DNA from: a virus
Lineage: Duplodnaviria > Caudoviricetes
Strand: one strand, 5' to 3'
Length of the DNA: 64,000 bases
IMG/VR virus record: IMGVR_UViG_3300037418_002577
Span: 1-64,000 of that record
Below the pieces are notes generated by a model. It did not search any database and was not told the origin of the DNA. It worked only from the letters and a program-made list of their open reading frames with translations. A program made the position numbers and the translations under genes. Positions within the stretch are counted from its first letter, which is position 1. Every line of letters starts with the position of its first letter. This document shows, piece after piece, positions 37,607 through 46,385 of the stretch.

Positions 37607-38365
37607 ATGCAAGCGTCAATCCAAGGCTACCCGCCCGTCAAGGTTGGGATCATCACCGGCGACCTCGGCCGCTACGTCGAGTTCAACAACGCGATGTACG
37701 CGCTGCTGCTGCCGGTCGGGAGTAATTACCAGAACATCCGCGGCAACGGGTTCGCGTACAACCGGAATCTGCTGGTGCGCGAGATGGACCCGGAGATCGA
37801 ATACCTCTGGTTCATCGACGACGACCACACGTTCGATCCCGGCATTGTGATGAACCTGATCACGCGCGGCGTCGACATCGTGCAGCCGATGTGCGTGACG
37901 CGCAAGCCCCCGTACAACCCCTACGGCTATCGTTTCGCCGATGGCGATTATCACACGATCCCGTGGGCCAAATTCCCCAAGTCTGGACTGTTTGAAGTGG
38001 ATGCGGTGGGAACGGGCGGAATGCTCGTTCATCGACGTGTGTTTGACGCCATGCCCGATCCCTGGTTCGAGGAGGGAAAACTCGGGCCGGAACATCTGGG
38101 CGAGGATCTTTGGTTCTGCAAAAAGGCCAAGGAACTCGGCTTCAAAATCTACGTCGACTGCGACAACCCAATGGGCCACCTCAGCACGCACGCTGTTTGG
38201 CCCATGCAGACGCCGCAAGCGGACTGGTGCGTTGGAATGAATTTTCTTCATGGGGTCTGGGCACCGTTCGCCACGGACTTCGGACACCAAGGACTTAGGG
38301 AGGTGAAGGATGGCACGTTACAGCGGAAGTGTGATCAGCCTGACCCCGTCGCTGACGGACGATAA
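37607..38365 (+). CDS. Family 2-like glycosyltransferase
   Basis: AYNRNLLV, LWFIDDDH (DxD), EVDAVGTGGMLVHRRVF, GEDLWFC, GHL. Confidence 0.85.
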   Translation: MQASIQGYPPVKVGIITGDLGRYVEFNNAMYALLLPVGSNYQNIRGNGFAYNRNLLVREMDPEIEYLWFIDDDHTFDPGIVMNLITRGVDIVQPMCVTRKPPYNPYGYRFADGDYHTIPWAKFPKSGLFEVDAVGTGGMLVHRRVFDAMPDPWFEEGKLGPEHLGEDLWFCKKAKELGFKIYVDCDNPMGHLSTHAVWPMQTPQADWCVGMNFLHGVWAPFATDFGHQGLREVKDGTLQRKCDQPDPVADGR

Positions 38366-38759
38366 CTGGAACCTGCGCGCCGGGGCGGCGAAGTCGGGCA
38401 AGATCCTGGAGGTCTGGTTCGGTGGCCAAGCCACCACGTCCACGGGGATGCAAACGCGCGTGGCCCGCGCGTCCGGCCAAACCGGCTCGGCGACCGCAGG
38501 GAACGTCGAGAAGCTGCATCCGAACGCGGCCGGCAACGGGATGGGATTCGCAACCACGTTTGCGACGACCCAGCCGACCTTGGAGGCCGGCAACCTGTTC
38601 GCGACGTCATGGAATGCCCACGGCGGCGTCGTGCGGTGGCTGGCGGCTCCCGGCGAGGAATTCGTCCTCATCGGGGCGGCCACGGAACTGACGATCGCCT
38701 GCCGGAATTCGGTCGGAACTGCTGTCAGCGATTATGGTTGCGTTTGGGAAGAAGATTGA
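38310..38759 (+). CDS. Putative virion structural beta-sandwich protein
   Basis: Thr/Ala/Gly-rich, RBS GGAGG/GAAGGA, tail-region context. Confidence 0.6.
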   Translation: MARYSGSVISLTPSLTDDNWNLRAGAAKSGKILEVWFGGQATTSTGMQTRVARASGQTGSATAGNVEKLHPNAAGNGMGFATTFATTQPTLEAGNLFATSWNAHGGVVRWLAAPGEEFVLIGAATELTIACRNSVGTAVSDYGCVWEED

Positions 38760-38813
38760 GACTTCCCGTCCGGCAACGGTTCCTGATCGCGGTTTTCCCG
38801 GGCGTGAGTCACG

Positions 38814-40904
38814 ATGTTTCAATACCGACGTCCCAACCAACGACAAGCCCCCTGGCAGCCCGCGCTGCAAGGGGGCGTTTCGGTTCCGGAGGTTCAGCAG
38901 CCGCCTCCGGCAAGGGGCCACGTCGCGCATCACGCTCCAGGTCCACGCTATGCGGCGGCCGCCTATGTTGTGCTGCTGTCGACCTTTGTTCCGCCGGACG
39001 AGCCGGTTCCGGTTCAGTCTCTGCCTGACCGTGCTCCGGCCGCCCAGCGGGCTCCCTCTGCCGCCTACTGGCGTGACAACTTCCTGGCCGTCGTACCGGC
39101 CGACATTCCGATCTCCTCACAGTCTCTCCCGGATCGTGCGCAGGCCCCGCGGCGCGCGGCCTTCTTTGCATACGAAATCCACTCGACTCCCCCGCCGAAC
39201 GCAGAGGTTCCGTTCTCGGCCACGCTTCCGGCGAGGGTTGCAGGTCCACGTCGAGCGCGCGCTGAAGCCTATTGGTTCGCGGAACGCTTGATCCTGCCGC
39301 AGCAGCCGACTCCCCAGCCGGTCTTGCCGGATCAAATCGTGCTCCCGGAGCGTGCCCCCTCGGCCCCCCGCGCGGCCCCTGCCGCGTACTGGATCGCGGT
39401 CCCTGTTCCTCCGCAAGACGCGCCGTTCGGACAACAACTGTTGCCCGCGACAGCGATTCGCGTTCCCCGTGCGGTCCCCGCCGCTTACTGGTTGCACCCC
39501 CAAGTTCCGCCCGTCGAGGCGATGCCGCCGGCCAATGTCCGGTTCGATCGCGCCTCGGCCCCCCAACGAGCACCGTACTCTGCATATCTGATCGCTGCTT
39601 CGGTCCCCCAACCTGAGCAGCCGGTTGTCGCCGCCGTCCTCCCGCAACGTGCGGAAGGGCCCCGGCGCGCCGTGTCGTCCGCCTATGCCGTCTCGGCGAC
39701 CATTCCGCCGTCCGACAATCCCCTGGTGAGGCCCGCAATGCCCGCGGTGGCGCGGGGCGCACTCCGCGCTCCTGCTGCCGCGTACAGCCTGACCCAGTGG
39801 ATGCCACCCGAGCAGCCGTCAATCTCCAGTGTTTGCCTGCCGAGTCGCCCGGCCGGTGCGGTTCGCGCCGCCAGCCAGGCGTACTCCTTCGCGTCCCCAC
39901 AGCCCCCGGTCGAAGTGCCGGTTGAAACTCGACTGCAGCCTGACACCCCGCGCGCGGTGCGACGTGCGCTGGTTGCAGCCTACAGCATCAACGCCCCACA
40001 GCCCCCGGTCGAAGTGCCGCCGGCTCCGATCTCGCTCCCCGATCGGGTCAGCGGTGCGCGGCGCGCTCCCGCTTCGGCCTACGCGGTTCACTCGCCGCAG
40101 CCACCCGTCGATCAACCGACGTTCGCACTCGCGTTGCCTGCGATTCCACGTGCCGCCCCTCGTGCGTCCGCCGCTGCCTATTGGCACCAAAACGGTCTGA
40201 TTCCGCAGGAAGCGATTTCAGCCCCCGTTGTTTTGCCGGCGATGATCCGAGGGGCGGCGCGAGCGCCGGCCGCCGCTTACGAGATTCACACGACCCTGGC
40301 GACCGAGCAGCCGACGGGGGCTATCCTGCTTCCCAAGCCGCAGGCCGTGCGCCGCGCGGCCCCGGCAGCCTACACGTTCGGCCATTTCGTGCCGGTCCAA
40401 GCCCCGGTGATTCCGCAGGCGATCTCACAACCCGGTGGGACCCGCCGTGCCGCGTCGTCGGCGTACCTGATTGCCGTTTCGGTTCCGCCGGCCGACGTGC
40501 CGCCGAGCTCCGGGGCAATCTCGCAACCGCGACCCCAAGCGAGACGGGCGTCGGGCGTGGTGCTCAACGCGACCGTTCCGCCGCCCGAGGCCCCGGCTGG
40601 AGTTCAAACACTCAGTCGTCCTGTGGCTCCGCGTCGCGCCCCGGTCGCTGCCTACTCGATCAGTCCGAATCTGCCGATTGCGTCCGTTCCAAGCGGGGCT
40701 GTCGTCATGCCGAATCGGGCACCGGGTCCGCGGTGGGCGAATGCGGCGGCTTACTGGCAGGTGAATTCTCCTGTGGCCCCTGAGTTCCCGGTCGGCGTGC
40801 AGATCGTCCCGGCGCGGCCGATTGCGGCAGGTCGCGCGGCGAATGCGGCCTACTGGTTCCATGCGGTTGTGCCGCCAGCGGACTCGACGGATTGTCAGTG
40901 CTGA
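38814..40904 (+). CDS. Pro/Ala-rich protein made of about 20 imperfect ~33-aa repeats (LP-x7-RA-x3-AY-x-rich linker)
   Basis: Repeats aligned by hand, e.g. LPDRAPAAQRAPSAAY, LPERAPSAPRAAPAAY, LPDRVSGARRAPASAY. Confidence 0.75.
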   Translation: MFQYRRPNQRQAPWQPALQGGVSVPEVQQPPPARGHVAHHAPGPRYAAAAYVVLLSTFVPPDEPVPVQSLPDRAPAAQRAPSAAYWRDNFLAVVPADIPISSQSLPDRAQAPRRAAFFAYEIHSTPPPNAEVPFSATLPARVAGPRRARAEAYWFAERLILPQQPTPQPVLPDQIVLPERAPSAPRAAPAAYWIAVPVPPQDAPFGQQLLPATAIRVPRAVPAAYWLHPQVPPVEAMPPANVRFDRASAPQRAPYSAYLIAASVPQPEQPVVAAVLPQRAEGPRRAVSSAYAVSATIPPSDNPLVRPAMPAVARGALRAPAAAYSLTQWMPPEQPSISSVCLPSRPAGAVRAASQAYSFASPQPPVEVPVETRLQPDTPRAVRRALVAAYSINAPQPPVEVPPAPISLPDRVSGARRAPASAYAVHSPQPPVDQPTFALALPAIPRAAPRASAAAYWHQNGLIPQEAISAPVVLPAMIRGAARAPAAAYEIHTTLATEQPTGAILLPKPQAVRRAAPAAYTFGHFVPVQAPVIPQAISQPGGTRRAASSAYLIAVSVPPADVPPSSGAISQPRPQARRASGVVLNATVPPPEAPAGVQTLSRPVAPRRAPVAAYSISPNLPIASVPSGAVVMPNRAPGPRWANAAAYWQVNSPVAPEFPVGVQIVPARPIAAGRAANAAYWFHAVVPPADSTDCQC

Positions 40905-40955
40905 TTGAAACCGGGCGGATACCCAAGAGGATCCAATGGCAGACTGGGGGTCGAA

Positions 40956-41384
40956 ATGACGTTGACAGAATACATTGCATCACAATCAGACCTGGCCGCT
41001 CTAGCGGTCGAAGCGCGGGACCAAGAGATTGACGCATTGCTCCGCGTCAGAGATCAACGCGGGCCGATCCCGTGTGATGAAATCAATCGCTGGTCGGCTC
41101 TCAATGGACTGATGGTTCGGCTGCATTTGGTGGCGATCGATCCACAGCATCCGGCCTTCGCGGCGGCTTACACTGCTGAGCGATGGCTATCGGATGTACG
41201 CAATGAAACCTTGGACATCGATCTTATTGCTTGTCAGTCGATGCTGGCTGGGCTTGTGGCGGCCAATATGATGAGCGACGGCGAGCGGACAGAACTTGAA
41301 GCATTGGCGGCGAATCGTTCGACGCGGGCTGTCGCGGCTCTCGGATTTCAGCCGACTCTCGAGCAGATTGGAGCGGCACGATGA
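40956..41384 (+). CDS. Hypothetical virion protein
   Basis: ORF coupled to next gene by ATGA. Confidence 0.6.
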   Translation: MTLTEYIASQSDLAALAVEARDQEIDALLRVRDQRGPIPCDEINRWSALNGLMVRLHLVAIDPQHPAFAAAYTAERWLSDVRNETLDIDLIACQSMLAGLVAANMMSDGERTELEALAANRSTRAVAALGFQPTLEQIGAAR

Positions 41385-41995
41385 CGACAACGACCCCTAG
41401 TAAAACGCCATCCGCCGCACATATCGCCTGGGCGGATTACGCCAATGCCTCCGTCACGCTGGGGACTCCAGTGGACGTCTCGACAAAATTCGCGGTGGCA
41501 TTCTCCGTGCGACTCGGACGCCGTAGCGGTTCGGCCTTCACGGCGGGATGGCCCAATGTTCGCATCGAAAAGAGCCTCAAGACCAGCGGGAATTACTGGA
41601 TTCCAGTCGCGTCGTATCAGATGCAGGTCGGAGCCTCGATTGCCAATACGACCCTAAGCGGGACAGTGGCTGCCGGGGACTCGACCTGCGTCGTTGCCGC
41701 CGCGACGAACATCGCAGCCGGAGATTATCTCTTCCTGGGTCACACGACCACCGTCGCCAATTACGAGATTGTGCGGGTCAAGTCCATCAGCGGCACGACG
41801 GTGACCTTCGAGGAGCCTTGCGTCTCGGCACACGACAACACCGCGCCTGTCACGGATCAAGCCGAGACGGTCGTTATCTCGATCTCGACAACGGATTGCC
41901 AGCGAGTGCGTGCGGTGGTCGACAATGCGGGGAGCGGCCAGACGATCGCGGCGGAAATCACAATCGGCACGTTTGATTCCTTGGGGACGGCCTGA
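41381..41995 (+). CDS. Putative virion structural protein
   Basis: Thr/Ser/Ala-rich beta composition. Confidence 0.6.
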   Translation: MTTTTPSKTPSAAHIAWADYANASVTLGTPVDVSTKFAVAFSVRLGRRSGSAFTAGWPNVRIEKSLKTSGNYWIPVASYQMQVGASIANTTLSGTVAAGDSTCVVAAATNIAAGDYLFLGHTTTVANYEIVRVKSISGTTVTFEEPCVSAHDNTAPVTDQAETVVISISTTDCQRVRAVVDNAGSGQTIAAEITIGTFDSLGTA

Positions 41996-43143
41996 TGCTC
42001 TTGCAGACCGGCACTATCGACTGCTCGAATCCAGTCAACCGAGAGGCCCCCGAAATGCGGGGCTGCCTCGCGCGGTGGATGTACGTGCCGGGGATGGCGG
42101 GCGGGGCGAAGCTTTTGAATCTGTTTAGCGCGCATGACATTAGGAACGCAACTCACGGGACGCTAATAAATAGCCCCTCATGGTTGGCTTCTCAGCGACA
42201 AGGAGGATACGGATCGGTCTCGTTTTCTGCGGCGAGCAGTCAATATATCGCCGCAAATTCCCCAACTTTGTCCTCTGTCGTTGGGACTATATCCGTCGTG
42301 GTTAATAAGCGCACGACCGGCAGAATGTTTGTCGTCGCGAATTATTCCACAGGCCGCGGATTCTCCCTGGAAGTCGGGCTGACGAACGAGAGGCCGCGAT
42401 TCCTGTTTGCGTTCAACGGATCAGACTCGCGCGACATCGACATTACCGGGGACGCAAACATTCCGATTGGCGTGAACACCGTCATTACTGTCACCTCAGA
42501 CGGTACAAACGGGGCTCTCTATATCAATGGGCGGCTGGCTGGGACAGACACGGGCGCGCCGGTCACGCCTAACAACAACCTGGAGATTGGGCGATATTCT
42601 GGAAATGCGTTTTACTGGAACGGCACGATCGACGATGTGTGTCTCTGGAATCGCGTCCTGTCGCCGGCTGAGATCTACGAAATTGTCCAAAATCCGGTCG
42701 CCTGGAATCGCAAGACGCTGAATTATCTGCGAATCCCGTTTACTCCCTCAGTCTCGGGGGTCCCGGAGGAGTTGTTATTTCGGGACAGCCGCTTTTCCAG
42801 CGTGCCGCGCGGCGCCGCATCCCTGACCGCCGCGCGCACGGCGTTGCGACAGCCGTTCCATCTGGAGAATGATCCGGTTAGTGCGGGCGAGGAGTTGTTT
42901 CGTGATCTCCGGTTTAGTGCGCCGACCTTTCGCGCCAGCCTCTCTCGGGCTCACCTGCTGGCGACACTCGCGTCGCAGTTTCACTCGTTCGAGCCCGTGC
43001 CGTTCCGAGGCCCCAGCCCGTATCGTCCGGCCCGAGTCGAAGCGGCCAGCAGTTTCCGAACACGGATGCCGCAAACAGAGTCCTATCGAGGCCGACCCGA
43101 ACAGTCTCACGAATCACGCGGCCGGCCCGAGGAGGCGACATGA
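41995..43143 (+). CDS. LamG/concanavalin A-like domain protein (candidate carbohydrate-binding virion protein)
   Basis: VTSDGTNGALYINGRL...LEIGRY...YWNGTIDDVCLWNRVLSPAEI. Confidence 0.85.
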   Translation: MLLQTGTIDCSNPVNREAPEMRGCLARWMYVPGMAGGAKLLNLFSAHDIRNATHGTLINSPSWLASQRQGGYGSVSFSAASSQYIAANSPTLSSVVGTISVVVNKRTTGRMFVVANYSTGRGFSLEVGLTNERPRFLFAFNGSDSRDIDITGDANIPIGVNTVITVTSDGTNGALYINGRLAGTDTGAPVTPNNNLEIGRYSGNAFYWNGTIDDVCLWNRVLSPAEIYEIVQNPVAWNRKTLNYLRIPFTPSVSGVPEELLFRDSRFSSVPRGAASLTAARTALRQPFHLENDPVSAGEELFRDLRFSAPTFRASLSRAHLLATLASQFHSFEPVPFRGPSPYRPARVEAASSFRTRMPQTESYRGRPEQSHESRGRPEEAT

Positions 43144-43622
43144 GCAACCCCATCAGCGACCAAATGACGGCGATCTGGAACGCGATCGACAATTACGCCG
43201 ATCTCCAAAGTCAGTTCAGCCAGAAGTACAAGCTCGACGAGAACATGCCCGATTTCACCGAGGACGACGATCCGAAGTTCGCGGATTACCCGGCGATCAT
43301 GGTCCTGCCGAGCTCCGAAATGCCCGACTGGTATCTGAATAAGCAGATGAAGATTGTGACGGCCTTTGAAATCTGGATGTGGACGGAGAAGTGGGCGTAC
43401 TCCCAGGCCGCCGACTTGCTGCAGAAACTCCGGCTGGCGTTCTGGAAGGCGTCCGCATCCGTGGCGACCCCGTCCTACATCAAGACCTGCACCGGATACC
43501 ACCCGATTTCGTTCTCTTCGATCAGATACAAGCGAGTTGTGGTCGGCGAACGCGGCTCGCAACGGGCCCTCAAGACGACCGCGGTTCTCACCCTTCAAAC
43601 GAACGACGACCCCTTGGCTTAG
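43140..43622 (+). CDS. Tail terminator/completion-like protein
   Basis: 160 aa before tail tube; YPAIMV motif. Confidence 0.5.
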   Translation: MSNPISDQMTAIWNAIDNYADLQSQFSQKYKLDENMPDFTEDDDPKFADYPAIMVLPSSEMPDWYLNKQMKIVTAFEIWMWTEKWAYSQAADLLQKLRLAFWKASASVATPSYIKTCTGYHPISFSSIRYKRVVVGERGSQRALKTTAVLTLQTNDDPLA

Positions 43623-43631
43623 GAGCGCATT

Positions 43632-44579
43632 ATGGCTGACACGATTACCCCGATCATGACCCCGCAGAGTTATCTCGCGATGTTCGACGAGGGGACCTGG
43701 GGCGACATGCCCGGCTCCCCGACCTACATCCATCTCCCCGTGTTCGATTACGGGGTGGACCTGGAGCCCGAGACGCGCGAGGCGACGCCCTTTACCGGGC
43801 TGTACCAGGAAAAGCACCTGGGCACCATCCGCGGGTTGCCGGCTGGCATGATTCGCACGGCGCTCTACGGCTGGCATCCAGCCGGCCTCGCGACGTCGTT
43901 GATGGAGTACCTGATCGACTGGGCCTTCCTGCACCAGGAAACCCAGCTTCTGCCGAGCAAGGGATTCGAGTGGGCGGAAGGCCCGGACCTGGCCAATCGA
44001 CGCCACCTGGGCTGCCGGGTCGACACGGCCACGTTGTCGGGGTCCGAGCAGTCGAAGATCGTCACGCTCGACCTGGGGATCAAGGGGCGCTCGGAGGAGA
44101 CATTTGCCACGGCCCAGACTCTCCCGGCCAACCGGAATAAGCTGGTCGAAGTCGAGTACCCGGACTGCAACTTCTCCATCGGCGGCAGTGAGGTCAAGAT
44201 TCAGGCGTTCGCGCTCCAGGCCCAGAACGGGCTGATCGTGTCGTTCCTCAACTCCAACACGCCGACGTTGCTCGTGAAAGCGGTGCGGCGAGTGGTCCTG
44301 TCGATGGTCCCCGCGAAGACCGCCGACACCTACAACGCGCTCTCCCGCGCGTTCTCGATGAATGAGTTCACCGGGCAGATCGTGCTCCGTGGCTTACACA
44401 ACGGCAGCGGCGTGACCGGCACGAAAGCGGTGGGCACGATCGACTTCCCCCGGATGGGATTCATTCGCCAAAAGGCCAAGGCCGGCCAGAGCCAAATCCT
44501 GTTCCAGCAGCTCAACTTCAAGATCATGAAACCGGATACGTCGGCGGCCGACATGACCACGACTTGGAGTGAGGAGTAA
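43632..44579 (+). CDS. Major tail tube protein
   Basis: YLAMFDEGTWG...YIHLPV..., GCRVDTATLSG, TIDFPRM; beta-rich 315 aa. Confidence 0.75.
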   Translation: MADTITPIMTPQSYLAMFDEGTWGDMPGSPTYIHLPVFDYGVDLEPETREATPFTGLYQEKHLGTIRGLPAGMIRTALYGWHPAGLATSLMEYLIDWAFLHQETQLLPSKGFEWAEGPDLANRRHLGCRVDTATLSGSEQSKIVTLDLGIKGRSEETFATAQTLPANRNKLVEVEYPDCNFSIGGSEVKIQAFALQAQNGLIVSFLNSNTPTLLVKAVRRVVLSMVPAKTADTYNALSRAFSMNEFTGQIVLRGLHNGSGVTGTKAVGTIDFPRMGFIRQKAKAGQSQILFQQLNFKIMKPDTSAADMTTTWSEE

Positions 44580-44585
44580 TCCGCG

Positions 44586-46385
44586 ATGGCAGCGCAAGAC
44601 GAAGAACTCCCGACCCCCGAGGAAATCGCCCAACAAGGCTTGGACGAGAACGGGGATGCCCCGCCCGAGGAGGAGGACGCTTCTCTTGCGCTGCCCGAGT
44701 CGGACCCGCAGGAGTCGTTGCATCAAAAGCTCCAAGCCATGCACGACAGGCTTCTGGAGTCGGTCAACCAGCAGATGGAGGTGATCCAAAATGCGATCCG
44801 CGAATCACGCGGCCCAGTGGCTGATGCTCCAATTGACCCTGGCCCTGGGGCTCCGGCAGAGCCTCCCCAGCCGCCCCCCGCAGTGGAATCCGATCCCGCC
44901 AACGAGCAGCCGACCGAAAGTCGGCAATTTGCTTTCCCGGAGTCCACCCGGGAAACAGTTCAGATTCCCGAGATGCCCCAGGAATCAGCGGTAGCGCCGC
45001 TCGGAGATCAGAGCCAGTCGCAGGTCTATGCCACTCCGGCCGTCACGCAAGAGCCGTTGCAGATCGACTTGGGGACGTTCTACCGCACCGTCGGGATGAC
45101 GTCCGAGCCCGATCCCGAAGTCGATCAGCCGGAGCCCGCCGGGCAGCCCGATCCTCCGCCGTTGGTTTCGGAGCCAATGGCCTTGCAGGGCGTTCCGGCC
45201 CCGCAGTTCGCGCTTCCGCCCGCGCCCGTTCCGCCCGTTGCTCCGCCCGTCCCGGTGGCTGTGCCGGCCCCTTTCCCCGCCCCCCCTGTCGCCACGCCCG
45301 CCCCGCCCGCGGCCCCGCGCCAAGCGCCGCCTCCGCAAATCGTCCCTGTGCCGGCCGAGTCCCCCGCGCCGCCCGCCCCCGCCCCGGCTGCACCGCGGCC
45401 GCCAGTGGCCGCGCAACCGCCCGCCGAGATCCCGGAGCCGGTCGCGCCGCCCCCGGCCGCCGCGCCATCCGCCGCCGTCGAGCCGGTCGCGCCATCGGAG
45501 CCAACCGGACCGCCCGAGGATCAGGAGCCGGATCCGGTTGCGCGGCCCGCAATCCCCGCGCGGCCCGCGGTGATCGATCCGCAGACCGGGGAAGCCGATG
45601 AGTCGCCGGCCCTGGAGATTCCAGGATTCCCACCCGGCGCCCAGGTCCATGCGCCGCCAGCCGTGCTCCCGCCAGACGCAAAGGACGGAGCCGACTGGGA
45701 GCCGGTCAATGCGTTTGTTCCGCCGCCCGCAAGTGAGGCCCGGCCTCGCCGAATTCATTCGCGCACCGAACCAGCGCTCGAGCAGCCCGCCGCCGTTCCG
45801 AACGAAACCCCGCTGGAAGTCCCGGAGTCGCCCACAGCGGCCGCCCCGCCGAAACCAGACGAGTTGCCGAAAGCGGTGCAAGGGGACCAGCCCGACGAGC
45901 ACACGCCGCTGGGCCGGATCGAGCGAACGCTTGAGCAGATCCGTGACGGCGAGAGTCCGAACGCCGAGCCCGTGCTCCCGGCCGCTCCCGCCGCCAACGA
46001 TGCGCCGCGCGCGACCGGCAAGCAATCTCCGACGCGGCGCGAACCCGACACGCAGGGGCCGACGGCCAACTCTCCGGAAACTCCGGAGAGTTCGACCAGC
46101 GGAGGCCAGCCCGCAGGTTCCGCAGACAGTCAGGTTCTCGATATCATCGACGATGCTTCCAAGGTGGGCGAGCAGGCGCGCGAATTGGCGACGGTCGCGC
46201 GCGAGATCCTGGCGCAGTTGATGCAAACGATGCAGACGGTCGGCGAGGGGATGTCTGGGGCCAATGAATCGCTGCGGGCGCTCCGCGACGACGTGAACCG
46301 GCAGGCGGCGGCAATTGAGATCATCAGTCAGTCTCTGGCCGAGTCGCCGCGAGAACGAGCCATGCGGGCAGGGCAATCTCTATGA
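44586..46385 (+). CDS. Acidic Pro-rich low-complexity protein with helical ends, in chaperone/tape-measure position
   Basis: Long PAP/PPA tract; coiled-coil-like N- and C-termini. Confidence 0.6.
   Translation: MAAQDEELPTPEEIAQQGLDENGDAPPEEEDASLALPESDPQESLHQKLQAMHDRLLESVNQQMEVIQNAIRESRGPVADAPIDPGPGAPAEPPQPPPAVESDPANEQPTESRQFAFPESTRETVQIPEMPQESAVAPLGDQSQSQVYATPAVTQEPLQIDLGTFYRTVGMTSEPDPEVDQPEPAGQPDPPPLVSEPMALQGVPAPQFALPPAPVPPVAPPVPVAVPAPFPAPPVATPAPPAAPRQAPPPQIVPVPAESPAPPAPAPAAPRPPVAAQPPAEIPEPVAPPPAAAPSAAVEPVAPSEPTGPPEDQEPDPVARPAIPARPAVIDPQTGEADESPALEIPGFPPGAQVHAPPAVLPPDAKDGADWEPVNAFVPPPASEARPRRIHSRTEPALEQPAAVPNETPLEVPESPTAAAPPKPDELPKAVQGDQPDEHTPLGRIERTLEQIRDGESPNAEPVLPAAPAANDAPRATGKQSPTRREPDTQGPTANSPETPESSTSGGQPAGSADSQVLDIIDDASKVGEQARELATVAREILAQLMQTMQTVGEGMSGANESLRALRDDVNRQAAAIEIISQSLAESPRERAMRAGQSL

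Noticed and set aside
40936-40959. 7-aa ORF MADWGSK with RBS, coupled to 40956
   Set aside because: Too short to support; may be a translational-coupling relic
44560-44800. Tail assembly chaperone programmed frameshift
   Set aside because: No convincing slippery heptamer or paired short/long ORFs after the tube gene
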